Below, piece after piece: positions 28,837 through 38,308 of a stretch of DNA of 64,000 nucleotides. The DNA is from Opitutia bacterium. GTDB lineage: Bacteria > Verrucomicrobiota > Verrucomicrobiia > Opitutales > Opitutaceae. The notes beneath the pieces are model-generated. The model was not told where the DNA came from. It searched no databases and saw nothing but the letters and a program-made list of their open reading frames with translations. Numbering within the stretch: the first letter of the stretch is position 1; every line of letters starts with the position of its first letter. The position numbers and the translations under genes were made by a program. The stretch lies in NCBI GenBank assembly GCA_003142955.1, contig PLOH01000072.1, positions 16,539 to 80,538 of the forward strand, written 5' to 3'.

Positions 28837-29355
28837 CTACTTGGTGGCCGAGAGCAGCTTATCCTTGGCTTTCTGAAATTCTGCGTCGGTCAAGACACCC
28901 TGATCCTTCAGCGCCTTTAGTGCGGCGATTTGCTGGGCCAAATCCGGAACGGCTGCCGGAGCCGCAGTTGCCGGTGCCGCCGTCACTGGAGCAACGGTTG
29001 TGGGAGCGAGGCCAAAGGCCTGAGGAAAATTCGCCTCGCCGGGCTGAGCGTTGGTGACGGGCCGACTGTACAGATCAAAAAGCTGCCGGAATCGGCCGAA
29101 GGATTCGACTTTCCCGTCCACTAGCCGCACCATGTAGGGCTGCTCCCTCTCGTATTCGCTGCCGGTGTTGAGAAGATAATAGGTTAGGTACACGACGTTT
29201 GCTTGACCGCTCATGCTGTCAGGTTTGCCCAGGATGTCGACGACCTGATCCTTGGTCATACCGATCCGGATACGGTTCATTTCGTCAGAAGTGGCGCAAC
29301 CGGCAAAAAAAGCGCCAAGGAGAATCAGGGCGAGGAGCTGAATTCTAGTTTTCAT
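28837..29355 (-). CDS. lipoprotein with BamE/SmpA-OmlA-like domain and C-terminal SHOCT domain
   Basis: Lipobox LGAFFAGC. RIRIGMTKDQVVDILGKPD (BamE-like). Ala/Pro/Thr-rich linker. The C-terminus IAALKALKDQGVLTDAEFQKAKDKLL matches the SHOCT pattern. Confidence 0.8.
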   Translation of the reverse strand: MKTRIQLLALILLGAFFAGCATSDEMNRIRIGMTKDQVVDILGKPDSMSGQANVVYLTYYLLNTGSEYEREQPYMVRLVDGKVESFGRFRQLFDLYSRPVTNAQPGEANFPQAFGLAPTTVAPVTAAPATAAPAAVPDLAQQIAALKALKDQGVLTDAEFQKAKDKLLSATK

Positions 29356-29596
29356 GATCTTGGGAGGGATATTGGGTTATGCAGTGAAGATCTCCGTCGG
29401 GCAGATGCAGGTCAACCAAGGCAAAATCAAATCGCAGTTCCCGCAATAATTTGCGTGTCTCGGCGAGCCGGCCCACCTCGGTTACGGTTGCGCCCATCGC
29501 ACGCAGACGGCCGCTCATTCGATTGCGCAATCCGACGTCGTCCTCTACCATTAACACCTCACAGCCGGGCGGAAGACCTAATGAATCGGCAGACAT
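29345..29596 (-). pseudogene. truncated response-regulator receiver domain
   Basis: VLMVEDDVGLRNR...FDFALVDLHLPDGD, then the sequence leaves the family and stops after 83 aa, overlapping the start of the lipoprotein gene. Confidence 0.55.
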
Positions 29597-29722
29597 TGCA
29601 GTATGGCAATGGGGCGGGCGTACCGAGAGGGGTCAACGCCGAAATCACTTGCCTGTTGGTTCCTCGTGAGTCCCACCACGCCCGCGATTCCCCCAACATA
29701 GAGGACTGCCCAGAGACGCCTG

Positions 29723-30460
29723 CTATGGCGATGGGGAACGGACCACGCGGAGGTTGCCGTCCGGCAACACCTCAATCCGGATGTCCGCCTGGGGCGCTGC
29801 GGCTGCCGGCAAGGCGGTACCGACTTCGACCCGCCGGAAAAGGACAGTTTCCAAGCCGGTGTTGTCGTGCGCACACGCGGCCAAGCCGATGTAGAAAGGG
29901 TCTTTGAGGGCCACGCGGATTGACGCTCCGGACGGCTTCGGTTCGCCGCCGTCAGCGGTAATCGAGAGGTAGACGGTATCGCCAATCTTATCCAGCCGGA
30001 CCCGCTGCGGCGTTGCGACGTCGGATTGAATCTCATGGGTGATGCCGCCGGCCGTGGCCCGGTACTGAAGGGCGGCCAGGCCGTAGCCGTGCACCGCAAC
30101 GTCGACATAAGGCGAGTCGGGCTCGAGGTTTTGGCGGATGATCAAGCAGGCCTTGCGATGCGGCTGGTCGCTTGTCCCGACCAGAAAGATGTCCGCCGCG
30201 ATCGACAGATCGCCGGAAGCCCGTTTCCAAACGAAGCTCATCATGTCGCTCCGATCCCACATGTCCACGCCGCTCCCGGTCACGGTGTAGGTGCGCCAGA
30301 CCGGGTCGTAGCCGACAGTGCCGGGTCGCCCGACAGGGCCGATATCCGTATGGTCTGCGAAAACACCGATGCTTCCGGGTGAACGCGCGTCTGCCGCAGC
30401 CAGAGGCGCCGAGAGCAGCGCGGCCAGCGCTGCCACGGCGAGCGGTGTGAAGGATCGCAT
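29723..30460 (-). CDS. secreted protein of unknown function (beta-sandwich/lectin-like guess)
   Basis: Internal ATG giving the signal peptide MRSFTPLAVAALAALLSAPLAAADA. Beta-rich sequence with no catalytic motif recognised. Confidence 0.6.
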   Translation of the reverse strand: MRSFTPLAVAALAALLSAPLAAADARSPGSIGVFADHTDIGPVGRPGTVGYDPVWRTYTVTGSGVDMWDRSDMMSFVWKRASGDLSIAADIFLVGTSDQPHRKACLIIRQNLEPDSPYVDVAVHGYGLAALQYRATAGGITHEIQSDVATPQRVRLDKIGDTVYLSITADGGEPKPSGASIRVALKDPFYIGLAACAHDNTGLETVLFRRVEVGTALPAAAAPQADIRIEVLPDGNLRVVRSPSP

Positions 30461-30641
30461 CCGATGATAGCGAAAGGAGGAGGACGGGAGTGGGGCGGAG
30501 AGCATGCCTCCGAAGTTATTCCTACATGGAAACCGAGATCAACTTCGATCTCAATGGTCAGTCCGCCGCCACGGGCAAAGTCGAGTGTCCCACCGTACTT
30601 CGCGATTGCGCGGTCGAGCGGCGGAGCGCATCTAGTGGGGG

Positions 30642-31307
30642 ATGAATATCCATGTTCTGCCGGCCGGTCCGATCCAGACCAACGCCTATTTGCTGAGCGC
30701 GCCGGAACTCCAGGAAGCGGTGCTCATCGACGCCCCGGGCGGAATTTGGGAGGAGATCGAGCCCCTCCTGACCAAGGAGAAATGCACCCTCCGCGAACTC
30801 TGGCTGACGCACGGACATTGGGATCATACGCAGGGTGGGGCGGAAGTCGTGGCGGCGACCAAGGCCCGGGTGCGCGCGCATCGCGATGACCGGATCCTGA
30901 TCGAAACGCCGGAAGTCATGGAAAAGTTTCTCATCCCTGGCCTGCGGCTCGGTCCGATGAAAATCGACGAATTCTTGGAGCAAGGCCAACGATGGACGGC
31001 GTTGGGCGAGTCGGTCGAGGTCCGGCACGTGCCCGGGCATTGTCCCGGCAACGTGGCGTTCTACTTCGCGACCTTGAAAGCAGTCTTTGTCGGCGATGCG
31101 CTGTTTCGCGGCAGCATCGGTCGCACGGACCTCCCCGGGGGGAGCTTCCAGGTGTTGGAACGCTCGATTGGTGAACAACTTTATTCGCTGCCGGATAATA
31201 CGGTGGTGTACCCGGGGCATGGACCTGACACCCTGATTGGCGTGGAGCGGGAGACGAACCCCTATGTTCACGGTCAGCGAAGCGGCGCCAATATCAAAAG
31301 TGAATGA
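30642..31307 (+). CDS. MBL-fold metallo-hydrolase (glyoxalase II-like)
   Basis: HxHxDH motif WLTHGHWDH, second-site VPGHCPG, DALF. 221 aa. Confidence 0.88.
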   Translation: MNIHVLPAGPIQTNAYLLSAPELQEAVLIDAPGGIWEEIEPLLTKEKCTLRELWLTHGHWDHTQGGAEVVAATKARVRAHRDDRILIETPEVMEKFLIPGLRLGPMKIDEFLEQGQRWTALGESVEVRHVPGHCPGNVAFYFATLKAVFVGDALFRGSIGRTDLPGGSFQVLERSIGEQLYSLPDNTVVYPGHGPDTLIGVERETNPYVHGQRSGANIKSE

Positions 31308-31379
31308 ATCGCAGACGTAGAGACGGCGGAAAGCTGGCAATTATTCGATGAGGGTGCGAGAACCGGGAGCCGCGGTGCG

Positions 31380-32555
31380 ATGACTGAAATGGAACCGTAC
31401 GTACAACTGGTTCACGAACGCTTCATGCGGCGGGCACTGGACCTCGCCCGCCGTGGTTGGGGCACGACGCACCCGAACCCCATGGTGGGCGCGGTCATCG
31501 TGGAACAGGGTGAAGTCGTGGCGGAGGGATTCCATGAGAAGGCTGGGGAACCACACGCCGAAATCATGGCGTTGCGCCACCTCGGACGATTGCCGCGGCC
31601 GGGGGCGATTCTGTATGTGACGATGGAACCGTGCAGCACGGAGGGCCGCACCGGCGCGTGCACCACTGCGATCATCGCGGCGGGTCTCACCCACGTGGTA
31701 GTTGGAGCGGTCGATCCCAATCCCGTGCATTCCGGCCATGGCTTCGAAGTGCTGCGGGCGGCGGGCGTACAGGTGACGTCGGGTGTGATCGAGGCCGACT
31801 GCGCGGACCTGAACCTGATCTTCAATCATTGGATTGTCAGTCGGACGCCGCTGATTGCCGCCAAGGCGGCCGTCACTCTGGATGGCAAGATCGCGACCCG
31901 GACCAACGATTCGCAGTGGATCACCGGGGAACTCGCGCGCGCCGACGTGCATCTCTGGCGGCGGTTGTTTCCCGCTATTGCCGTCGGTGCGGGGACCGTT
32001 ATGAGCGACGATCCCAGTCTCACGAGCCGGTTGGGCAAGAACGTCTGGTGTCCCGTGCGGTTTGTCTTCGACGGTCTCCTGCGCACGGTCGTGGATAAGA
32101 AACTGCCGAAGATTTACTCGGACGAATACAAGGATCGCACGATCGTGGTGACCACGCCGCACGGCGGCCTTGGCTACGTGCGGAAGTTGCAGGCGATGGG
32201 CGTGCAGGTCTGGAACATCGACTCGCCGACGATGCGGGCGCCCTTGACGGAATTCCGCCGGCTGTGCGTGGAAGCGGGCATCACCGGCGTGTTCATCGAG
32301 GGCGGCGCCCAGATGATCAGCGAACTCATCCAGACCCGGCAGCTGGATTATCTTTTTGTCTACCGTGCGCCGATCTTGCTGGGCGATGACCGGGCGAAGA
32401 CAGTGTTCAAGGGGTTGCGCACGGAAACGCTGGCCCATGCGGTCCAGCTCCAATCTGTGCGCCACACTTCATTCGGACCGGATCAACTGATGCGCGGGCG
32501 GGTGCTCTACCCGGAAAAACTGCAGGTCGACGAGACAACCTTCAGCATGGGATGA
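31380..32555 (+). CDS. ribD: bifunctional riboflavin biosynthesis deaminase/reductase
   Basis: CMP/dCMP deaminase zinc motif HAEIMAL...PCSTEGRTGAC. C-terminal RibD reductase domain (KAAVTLDGKIATR...GGAQM). Confidence 0.93.
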   Translation: MTEMEPYVQLVHERFMRRALDLARRGWGTTHPNPMVGAVIVEQGEVVAEGFHEKAGEPHAEIMALRHLGRLPRPGAILYVTMEPCSTEGRTGACTTAIIAAGLTHVVVGAVDPNPVHSGHGFEVLRAAGVQVTSGVIEADCADLNLIFNHWIVSRTPLIAAKAAVTLDGKIATRTNDSQWITGELARADVHLWRRLFPAIAVGAGTVMSDDPSLTSRLGKNVWCPVRFVFDGLLRTVVDKKLPKIYSDEYKDRTIVVTTPHGGLGYVRKLQAMGVQVWNIDSPTMRAPLTEFRRLCVEAGITGVFIEGGAQMISELIQTRQLDYLFVYRAPILLGDDRAKTVFKGLRTETLAHAVQLQSVRHTSFGPDQLMRGRVLYPEKLQVDETTFSMG

Positions 32556-33172
32556 CCGTCTATCTGGCATCGGGCAATGCCCACAAGGCGCGGGAGTTCC
32601 AGGCGCTGGCCGACGGGCTGGCGCCGGTGCGGCGACTGCCGGTGGAGATCATTTCGGCGGCGGCGATGGGCGGCATGCCGCAGGTGGTCGAGGACGCGGG
32701 TTCATTTACCGGCAACGCGCGCAAAAAGGCGCGGGCGCTGCAGGATCGCCTGCCGGCAGGGGCGTGGGCGCTGGCGGACGACAGTGGGCTGTGCGTCGAC
32801 GCGCTCGCTGGCGCACCGGGCGTGGAATCGGCTTATTATGCCGGCCCGCGGGCCAGCGGCGCGGAAAATCTGGCGAAGCTGGTGGCCGTGATGCGCGACG
32901 TGCCGGACGAACGCCGGGCGGCGCACTTTGCGTGTGTGCTGGTGTTGATCGGGCCGGATCGTGACGAGCACGTGTTTGAAGGACGCTGCGACGGCCGACT
33001 AGGTCGCCAGCCAGCCGGCGTCGGGGGGTTCGGTTATGACCCGCTGTTTGTCCCGGACGGCTATGATCGCACGTTCGCGGAGCTGGAAGCCGCTACCAAG
33101 AACGAACTCAGCCACCGCGGCCGCGCGTGGGCAGCCCTGGCGGCCTGGCTGCACGAGAACGCTCCGGCGTGA
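32552..33172 (+). CDS. rdgB: non-canonical purine NTP pyrophosphatase (RdgB/HAM1)
   Basis: VYLASGNAHKAREF, DDSGLCVDAL, GFGYDPLF. The ATGA start overlaps the ribD stop. Confidence 0.92.
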   Translation: MTVYLASGNAHKAREFQALADGLAPVRRLPVEIISAAAMGGMPQVVEDAGSFTGNARKKARALQDRLPAGAWALADDSGLCVDALAGAPGVESAYYAGPRASGAENLAKLVAVMRDVPDERRAAHFACVLVLIGPDRDEHVFEGRCDGRLGRQPAGVGGFGYDPLFVPDGYDRTFAELEAATKNELSHRGRAWAALAAWLHENAPA

Positions 33173-33187
33173 GGTGGCTTCAAGCAG

Positions 33188-33249
33188 TTGTAGGAGCCTG
33201 CTGGCAGGCGATCCGCCCTGCGAGCTCGCTTGCCAGCAGGCTCCTACAA
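33188..33249. repeat. REP-like 24-bp imperfect palindrome (possible terminator of ribD-rdgB)
   Basis: ttgtaggagcctgctggcaggcga - 14 nt - tcgcttgccagcaggctcctacaa. One G:T position. Starts 16 nt after the rdgB stop. Confidence 0.75.
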
Positions 33250-33455
33250 GATCCACGGTATGGTCCGCCGACAAGCGGCGACCCTACGTCGAACGCATCG
33301 ATCCGGCGTAAGGCGCCTCCGGCGGGGCGCCCCAATTTCTTGACCGTCGCCAAAAGGCTTGTCCGGCCTGCCAACGTCAGCGCATATTCCTCCCTGGCCG
33401 GCGACCGACCGAAGGGGTTCACCGCAAGATAATGCCGCCGCAGATTCGTTTATCC

Positions 33456-34385
33456 ATGGATCTTTCAATCGTGGTCCCAGTTTACCGGGAGGAGAAGAAC
33501 GTCCCGGAGTTTCTCCGCCAGATCACTCCGGTCCTGGAGGGTCTCTCCCTTGACTACGAAATCATCTTTTGTCTCGACCCCTCGCCCGATCAAACCGAGC
33601 AGGTGATTCTCGACGAGCGGGAACGCAATCCGCGCGTCAAGCTCATCGCATTCAGTCGCCGATTTGGCCAGCCGATGGCAACGCTGGCCGGACTGCAATA
33701 TTCGCGCGGCGGGGCGGTGGTTGTGATGGACGTCGACCTGCAGGATCCTCCGGAACTGGTACGGGACATGGTGGCCAGGTGGCGCGAAGGCTACGATATC
33801 GTCCTCGCGCAGCGGCGGACCCGCCAGAGCGAGCCGCTGATTCGGAAGATCGTCGCCCGGACGGGCTATTGGGTGATCCGGCGGATCGCCGAGGTGGACA
33901 TTCCGGAGAACACGGGCGATTTCCGATTGCTGAGCCGTCGCGCGGTGGACGAAATCAACCGGCTGAAGGAGTGCCACGGATTCCTTCGCGGGCTGGTCTC
34001 CCTGGTGGGCTTCAAGCAGACCGTGGTGCAGTTTGACCGACCGATGCGTTTCGCCGGCAAGACCAATTACCCGGCCATCGGCTCGATGCGGATAGCCTTG
34101 AACGGCCTGCTCTGCTTCTCGACGGCAGCCTTGAGGCTCAGCTCGGTCACGGGTTTCCTCACCGCAGGATTTTCGCTGCTGCTCACCCTCGCGTATCTGG
34201 TCCTTAAGCTCGTCGGTTATCCGATCCTCTGGGGCAATCCGACGATGGTGATTCTCATCACGTTTCTGGGTGGCGTGCAACTGATCAGCGTGGGCATCCT
34301 CGGTGAATACATCGGGCGCATCTACGACGAGGTCCGCATGCGGCCCAAGTTCATCGTCGACCGCTCCATCGGGTTCTCCCCGTGA
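33456..34385 (+). CDS. GT2 polyprenyl-phosphate glycosyltransferase (ArnC/GtrB/DPM1-like), copy 1
   Basis: MDLSIVVPVYREEKNV, VVMDVDLQDPPE, two C-terminal TM helices. Confidence 0.88.
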   Translation: MDLSIVVPVYREEKNVPEFLRQITPVLEGLSLDYEIIFCLDPSPDQTEQVILDERERNPRVKLIAFSRRFGQPMATLAGLQYSRGGAVVVMDVDLQDPPELVRDMVARWREGYDIVLAQRRTRQSEPLIRKIVARTGYWVIRRIAEVDIPENTGDFRLLSRRAVDEINRLKECHGFLRGLVSLVGFKQTVVQFDRPMRFAGKTNYPAIGSMRIALNGLLCFSTAALRLSSVTGFLTAGFSLLLTLAYLVLKLVGYPILWGNPTMVILITFLGGVQLISVGILGEYIGRIYDEVRMRPKFIVDRSIGFSP

Positions 34386-34508
34386 CAATCCGCGGCAACT
34401 CCGCGTGCCGCCTGCGGTCAGGCGGCGGCCTGGCCTCGTGAACCGATTGGGTCTGACCATCGCGCTGCCTCCGCCGTGATGACGGGAGGGTCTATTTCGG
34501 GGTCCACT

Positions 34509-34979
34509 TCAAGCCCCGATCAGGAAATAGCCCTTGCAGTAGAATCCCAACAACGACGCGGTCAGTCCCAGCCAGGACGGGAGGGGACGATATTCGCGCG
34601 CCCACGGCTCGAACAGGGCCAGGAGGAAGCGCAGCCACCCCAGGGCGTCGGGACGGGCGGTGATCATGAGATTCTGGAAGCAGCGGAAATAGAGCAGCGC
34701 GAGCGACACGCTAATAATGCCCCACGGGGATCCCAGACGCCGCATGTGGCGGGCGATCACAGCACAGACGCCGGCGAGAAAGACAAGATTCAGAAGTCGA
34801 TGCGCCCCAAAGCCGATGCCCAACCAGTTCCGGAATAGCAGAACGACATAGTTGTAGAGCGGGCTGAAAGAATAGGCGGCGGCCGGGATTTCGCCGACCG
34901 CGAAAGGGTTACGGTGGTTGGCCAGAAGCCAGGTGGGATGTGGGCTGCCTGAGACGCGGAGAAGCCTGCGGTGGATTGG
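34509..34979 (-). pseudogene. fragment of a polytopic membrane (GT-C-like) protein lacking a start
   Basis: ORF 34509..34823 begins at a TTG, but the frame is open and protein-like upstream to a stop at about 34980 (PTWLLANHRNPFAVGEIPAAAYSFSPLYNYVVLLFRNWLGIGFGAHRLLNLVFLAG) with no ATG/GTG/TTG. Only about 155 codons, in a lower-GC patch. Confidence 0.4.
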
Positions 34980-35159
34980 TCAAATGCCTCGGAGCTTGCC
35001 TCGAGGATTTTTGCTCTTCGTGACACAACTAATAGCCCGGCTCGCGAGCCCTTTGACTCCTGCCCGCTCAATATCGAATCTCTTTCCGAAGACTTCAAGG
35101 TGTTGGCTGACTGGATACCTTGATGGCATCGACATTTTAATGCTGACGCAGTCAGGCGG

Positions 35160-36173
35160 ATGGTCTCTGGTAGCCGGAATCGTGAAAGTATCGTGTCGCT
35201 GAGTTCATTGGTCATCGGCGGTGGTGGGCTGATCGGGCACTACCTCGTGCCCTTGCTGATCGCAAGTGGGCGGAACGTGTCTGTGCTGGGGCGGCATGCG
35301 AGGCCCCGGTATCCGCTACCTCGAGCTGTCTGCTATATCTCTGGGAATTTTTGCAGGCAGGGCCTTATCTCTGATCTCCTCTCCTGTCATGCCGAGGTCA
35401 TCCATATGGCCTACGCAACCGTTCCCAATACGTCGTTTGCCGATCCATTGGGCGACCTGCTGCAGAATCTGCCTCCCACTGTGCGTCTGTTTATTGAGGC
35501 GGCGAAGAAGAATTGTCGGGTGGTGTTCATTTCTTCGGGTGGAACTGTTTACGGCCCGCCACAAACGTTGCCGATAACGGAGGATCATCCGACGGCTCCG
35601 ATATCCCCCTACGGGCTGACGAAGCTCACGTTAGAGAAGTATGCTTTCTTGTACGCAACGACCCATGGATTGAAGGTAACCTGTGTGCGCCCGGCAAACG
35701 CATATGGGGTAGGACAACGCCCGTTTTCCGGGCAGGGATTCGTGGCGACAGCGATGGCGTCGGCCATGCTCGGACAGACGATCAAGGTGTTTGGAAGCGG
35801 GGAGATTATCCGCGACTATATTTATGTGAGTGACATCGCGGCGGGTATCTTCAGCGCGCTAGAGCACGGACAAATCGGCGCGACCTATAACGTCGGCTCT
35901 GGAATCGGGGTGTCGAACGGAGAGATGGTGAAATTGATCGGCCCCCTATTGCAGGAGGTGGGATTTGCTTGCCACGTCGAATACATGCCGGAACGTGCTT
36001 TCGACGTAAGCAGGAACGTCTTGGACTCATCAAGATTGACGGCCAGTACGGGCTGGGTCCCGAAAGTGCAGTTGCCGGAAGGGTTGATCTGCACAAGGGA
36101 GTGGCTGATGAAAAATATGAATGAATGGTCGAGTGGCGGATCGACTGGAAACGATGGCGAGGCCAGCAGATGA
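35160..36173 (+). CDS. NAD-dependent sugar epimerase/dehydratase (extended SDR)
   Basis: VIGGGGLIGHYL, catalytic YGLTKLTLE (YxxxK). 337 aa. Visibly lower GC than its neighbours. Confidence 0.85.
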   Translation: MVSGSRNRESIVSLSSLVIGGGGLIGHYLVPLLIASGRNVSVLGRHARPRYPLPRAVCYISGNFCRQGLISDLLSCHAEVIHMAYATVPNTSFADPLGDLLQNLPPTVRLFIEAAKKNCRVVFISSGGTVYGPPQTLPITEDHPTAPISPYGLTKLTLEKYAFLYATTHGLKVTCVRPANAYGVGQRPFSGQGFVATAMASAMLGQTIKVFGSGEIIRDYIYVSDIAAGIFSALEHGQIGATYNVGSGIGVSNGEMVKLIGPLLQEVGFACHVEYMPERAFDVSRNVLDSSRLTASTGWVPKVQLPEGLICTREWLMKNMNEWSSGGSTGNDGEASR

Positions 36174-36265
36174 TTCCTGCGGCTCTGGGCGGGCGGAGAG
36201 CGATTCAGCGAGGTCGGGTCATTGTCTTCTTGACACCAGGCGGTCCATTGGACTTCGGATCCGGA

Positions 36266-37210
36266 CTAGTGCTTTTCGTCCACTGACGTGTCTTGGCGGA
36301 CGAGGTAAAGGGGGCGCCGCTTGACCTCGATAAACAGCCGGCCGATATATTCTCCAAGAATTCCGAGAATGAGGGTCTGCACGCCGGCGACGAACAGAAT
36401 CGTCACAATCAGGCTTGTCCACCCCCGTACCTCGCGGTGGTAGGGCCACGTTACGACGGCCCACAGAGTAATGAGCATCGCCGTGCCAATCAATCCAGCA
36501 CTGGCCAGCGACGCGACGCGCAGCGGTTTGATCGAGAAGCTGGCAATCGCATCAGCAGAGAAATGGAGCAATTTGCGCAGGCTGTAGTTGCTTTTCCCCG
36601 CCTTCCGCGGCTGGCGGTCGTACAGCACGCCGACCTGAGGGTAGCCGATCCAGGCGACCATTCCGCGAATGTACCGGGAAGACTCCGGCAGGAGGAGAAA
36701 AGCGTCGACCGCGCGCCGGCTCATCAGGCGAAAATCACCGGTATCGGGGGGGATCGGAACCTCGGCGAGATAACGGAGGAGGCGGTAAAAAAGCTTGGCG
36801 GTGACGAGCTTGAACCAGGTTTCACCCGCCCGTGAGCGGCGCTGGCCGTAGATGACGTCAAATCCCTCGGCGCGCTTGGCGAGCATGACGCCGAGCAACT
36901 CGGGAGGATCCTGCAGGTCATCGTCGATGACCAGGATTTCGGAGCCCCGCGCCCGTTCCAGCCCCGCCGTCAGGGCCCGCTGGTGGCCGAAGTTGCGGCT
37001 GAGCCGGACTCCGCGAACCCGGGCATCCTTCCTGGCCTCGGCGGCAATGATCTCCCACGTCCGGCCCCCGGAGCCGTCGTCAACCAGCACCATCTCGTAG
37101 CTCAGGCCGGTGGCTTGCGCGGCGGCGTGCAGGCGGATCAGGGTCTGCGGAAGTATCTCCTCATCGTTGAAACACGGAACGACGATTGAAATAACCGGGG
37201 CTTCGGCCAT
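36266..37210 (-). CDS. GT2 polyprenyl-phosphate glycosyltransferase, copy 2
   Basis: VISIVVPCFNDEE, LVIDDDLQDPPE, two C-terminal TM helices. Confidence 0.88.
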   Translation of the reverse strand: MAEAPVISIVVPCFNDEEILPQTLIRLHAAAQATGLSYEMVLVDDGSGGRTWEIIAAEARKDARVRGVRLSRNFGHQRALTAGLERARGSEILVIDDDLQDPPELLGVMLAKRAEGFDVIYGQRRSRAGETWFKLVTAKLFYRLLRYLAEVPIPPDTGDFRLMSRRAVDAFLLLPESSRYIRGMVAWIGYPQVGVLYDRQPRKAGKSNYSLRKLLHFSADAIASFSIKPLRVASLASAGLIGTAMLITLWAVVTWPYHREVRGWTSLIVTILFVAGVQTLILGILGEYIGRLFIEVKRRPLYLVRQDTSVDEKH

Positions 37211-37522
37211 GGCGGGGATCCCTCTTCATAACGAAGCCTCTGGCTGGGCCTCAAGCAACTTCCGCCAAGCGCGGTGGCGAGGGAGGCGGCTGCGGGCCGT
37301 CCCTTGCCGGGGATTCGTGGAGGATCACGACAACGACTCCTGGGTCGACTGACGGGATCCTTGACCCTGCTCGAAAACTGCTATCTCTAATTCGTGCCTG
37401 CAAAGATCGGAACTGGCAATCGGGCCCGGCTGGTGCAGCATCGGCCAAGCGAATGGAATAGCGGAGCCCCCGGCACGATCCCAGTGGTCTGCAGTCCGCG
37501 CCCGTACAATTGATTCTGCGCC

Positions 37523-38308
37523 ATGAAAGTCGTCATACTCTGCGGAGGCAAAGGAACGCGCCTGCGGGAAGAGACCGAGTTTCGGCCCAAGCCGATGCTG
37601 CCAATCGGCGACCGCCCGATCCTGTGGCACATCATGAAGATCTACGCCCATTTCGGGCACAAGGATTTCATCCTCTGCCTCGGCTACAAGGGCGACGCGA
37701 TCAAGGACTACTTTCGCAATTACCAATGGCACTCCGGGGCCGTCACCTTGCGGCTCGGCCGCGATCCCGCGGTGAAATTCCACGACGATCACGGCGAGGA
37801 AGACTGGAGTGTCACGCTGGCCAACACCGGGGAAAATGCGATGACGGCCCACCGGGTGCGGTCGATCCGGCGCTTCCTCGGCTCCGATGAGACCTTCCTG
37901 CTGACCTATGGGGACGGGGTGGGCGACATCGACATCCCCGCTAGCATCGAGTGGCACCGTAACGCCGGCGCGGTTTGTACGCTCACGGCGGTGCATCCTC
38001 CCGGCCGCTTCGGGGAACTGCGCCTGACTCCGGATGGGAAGGTGCGGGGCTTCAATGAAAAGCCACAGGCCGAAGGAGGGTCGATCAACGGCGGCTTTAT
38101 GGTGTGCGACCGCCGGCTGTTTGATTACCTGTCCGACGATCCCGCGCTGATGCTGGAGCAGGCGCCGATGCGGCAGCTCACCGCGGACGGCAAGCTGGCG
38201 GCCTACCAGCACCATGGATTCTGGCAGCCGATGGATACGCTCCAGGAGTTCACCTTGCTCAACCAACTTTGGGAAACCGGTCGGGCTCCTTGGAAGGTCT
38301 GGTCATGA
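37523..38308 (+). CDS. rfbF: glucose-1-phosphate cytidylyltransferase
   Basis: MKVVILCGGKGTRLREETEFRPKPMLPIGDRPILWHIMKIYAHFGHKDFILCLGYKG is a near-textbook RfbF/DdhA N-terminus. Confidence 0.92.
   Translation: MKVVILCGGKGTRLREETEFRPKPMLPIGDRPILWHIMKIYAHFGHKDFILCLGYKGDAIKDYFRNYQWHSGAVTLRLGRDPAVKFHDDHGEEDWSVTLANTGENAMTAHRVRSIRRFLGSDETFLLTYGDGVGDIDIPASIEWHRNAGAVCTLTAVHPPGRFGELRLTPDGKVRGFNEKPQAEGGSINGGFMVCDRRLFDYLSDDPALMLEQAPMRQLTADGKLAAYQHHGFWQPMDTLQEFTLLNQLWETGRAPWKVWS

Larger units (their letters stand above)
26204..29700. mobile_element. possible degenerate genomic islet next to tRNA-Gly (no integrase present)
   Basis: Visibly lower GC. Contains a tRNA 3'-half-like fragment, several truncated or frameshifted genes, a vapBC module and a truncated receiver gene. 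A weak tRNA-3'-end-like string (cgattccc..acat) lies at about 29684-29700. Confidence 0.3.

Noticed and set aside
29684-29700. Possible attR-like repeat of the tRNA-Gly 3' end (cgattcccccaacata vs cgattcccacatgg)
   Set aside because: It is only an 8-nt exact match plus 4 more after a gap. The chance expectation in 3.5 kb is not negligible. I mention it only as a weak candidate boundary.
31308-31379. FMN riboswitch upstream of ribD
   Set aside because: Only 72 nt are available, and none of the conserved FMN-element segments are visible.
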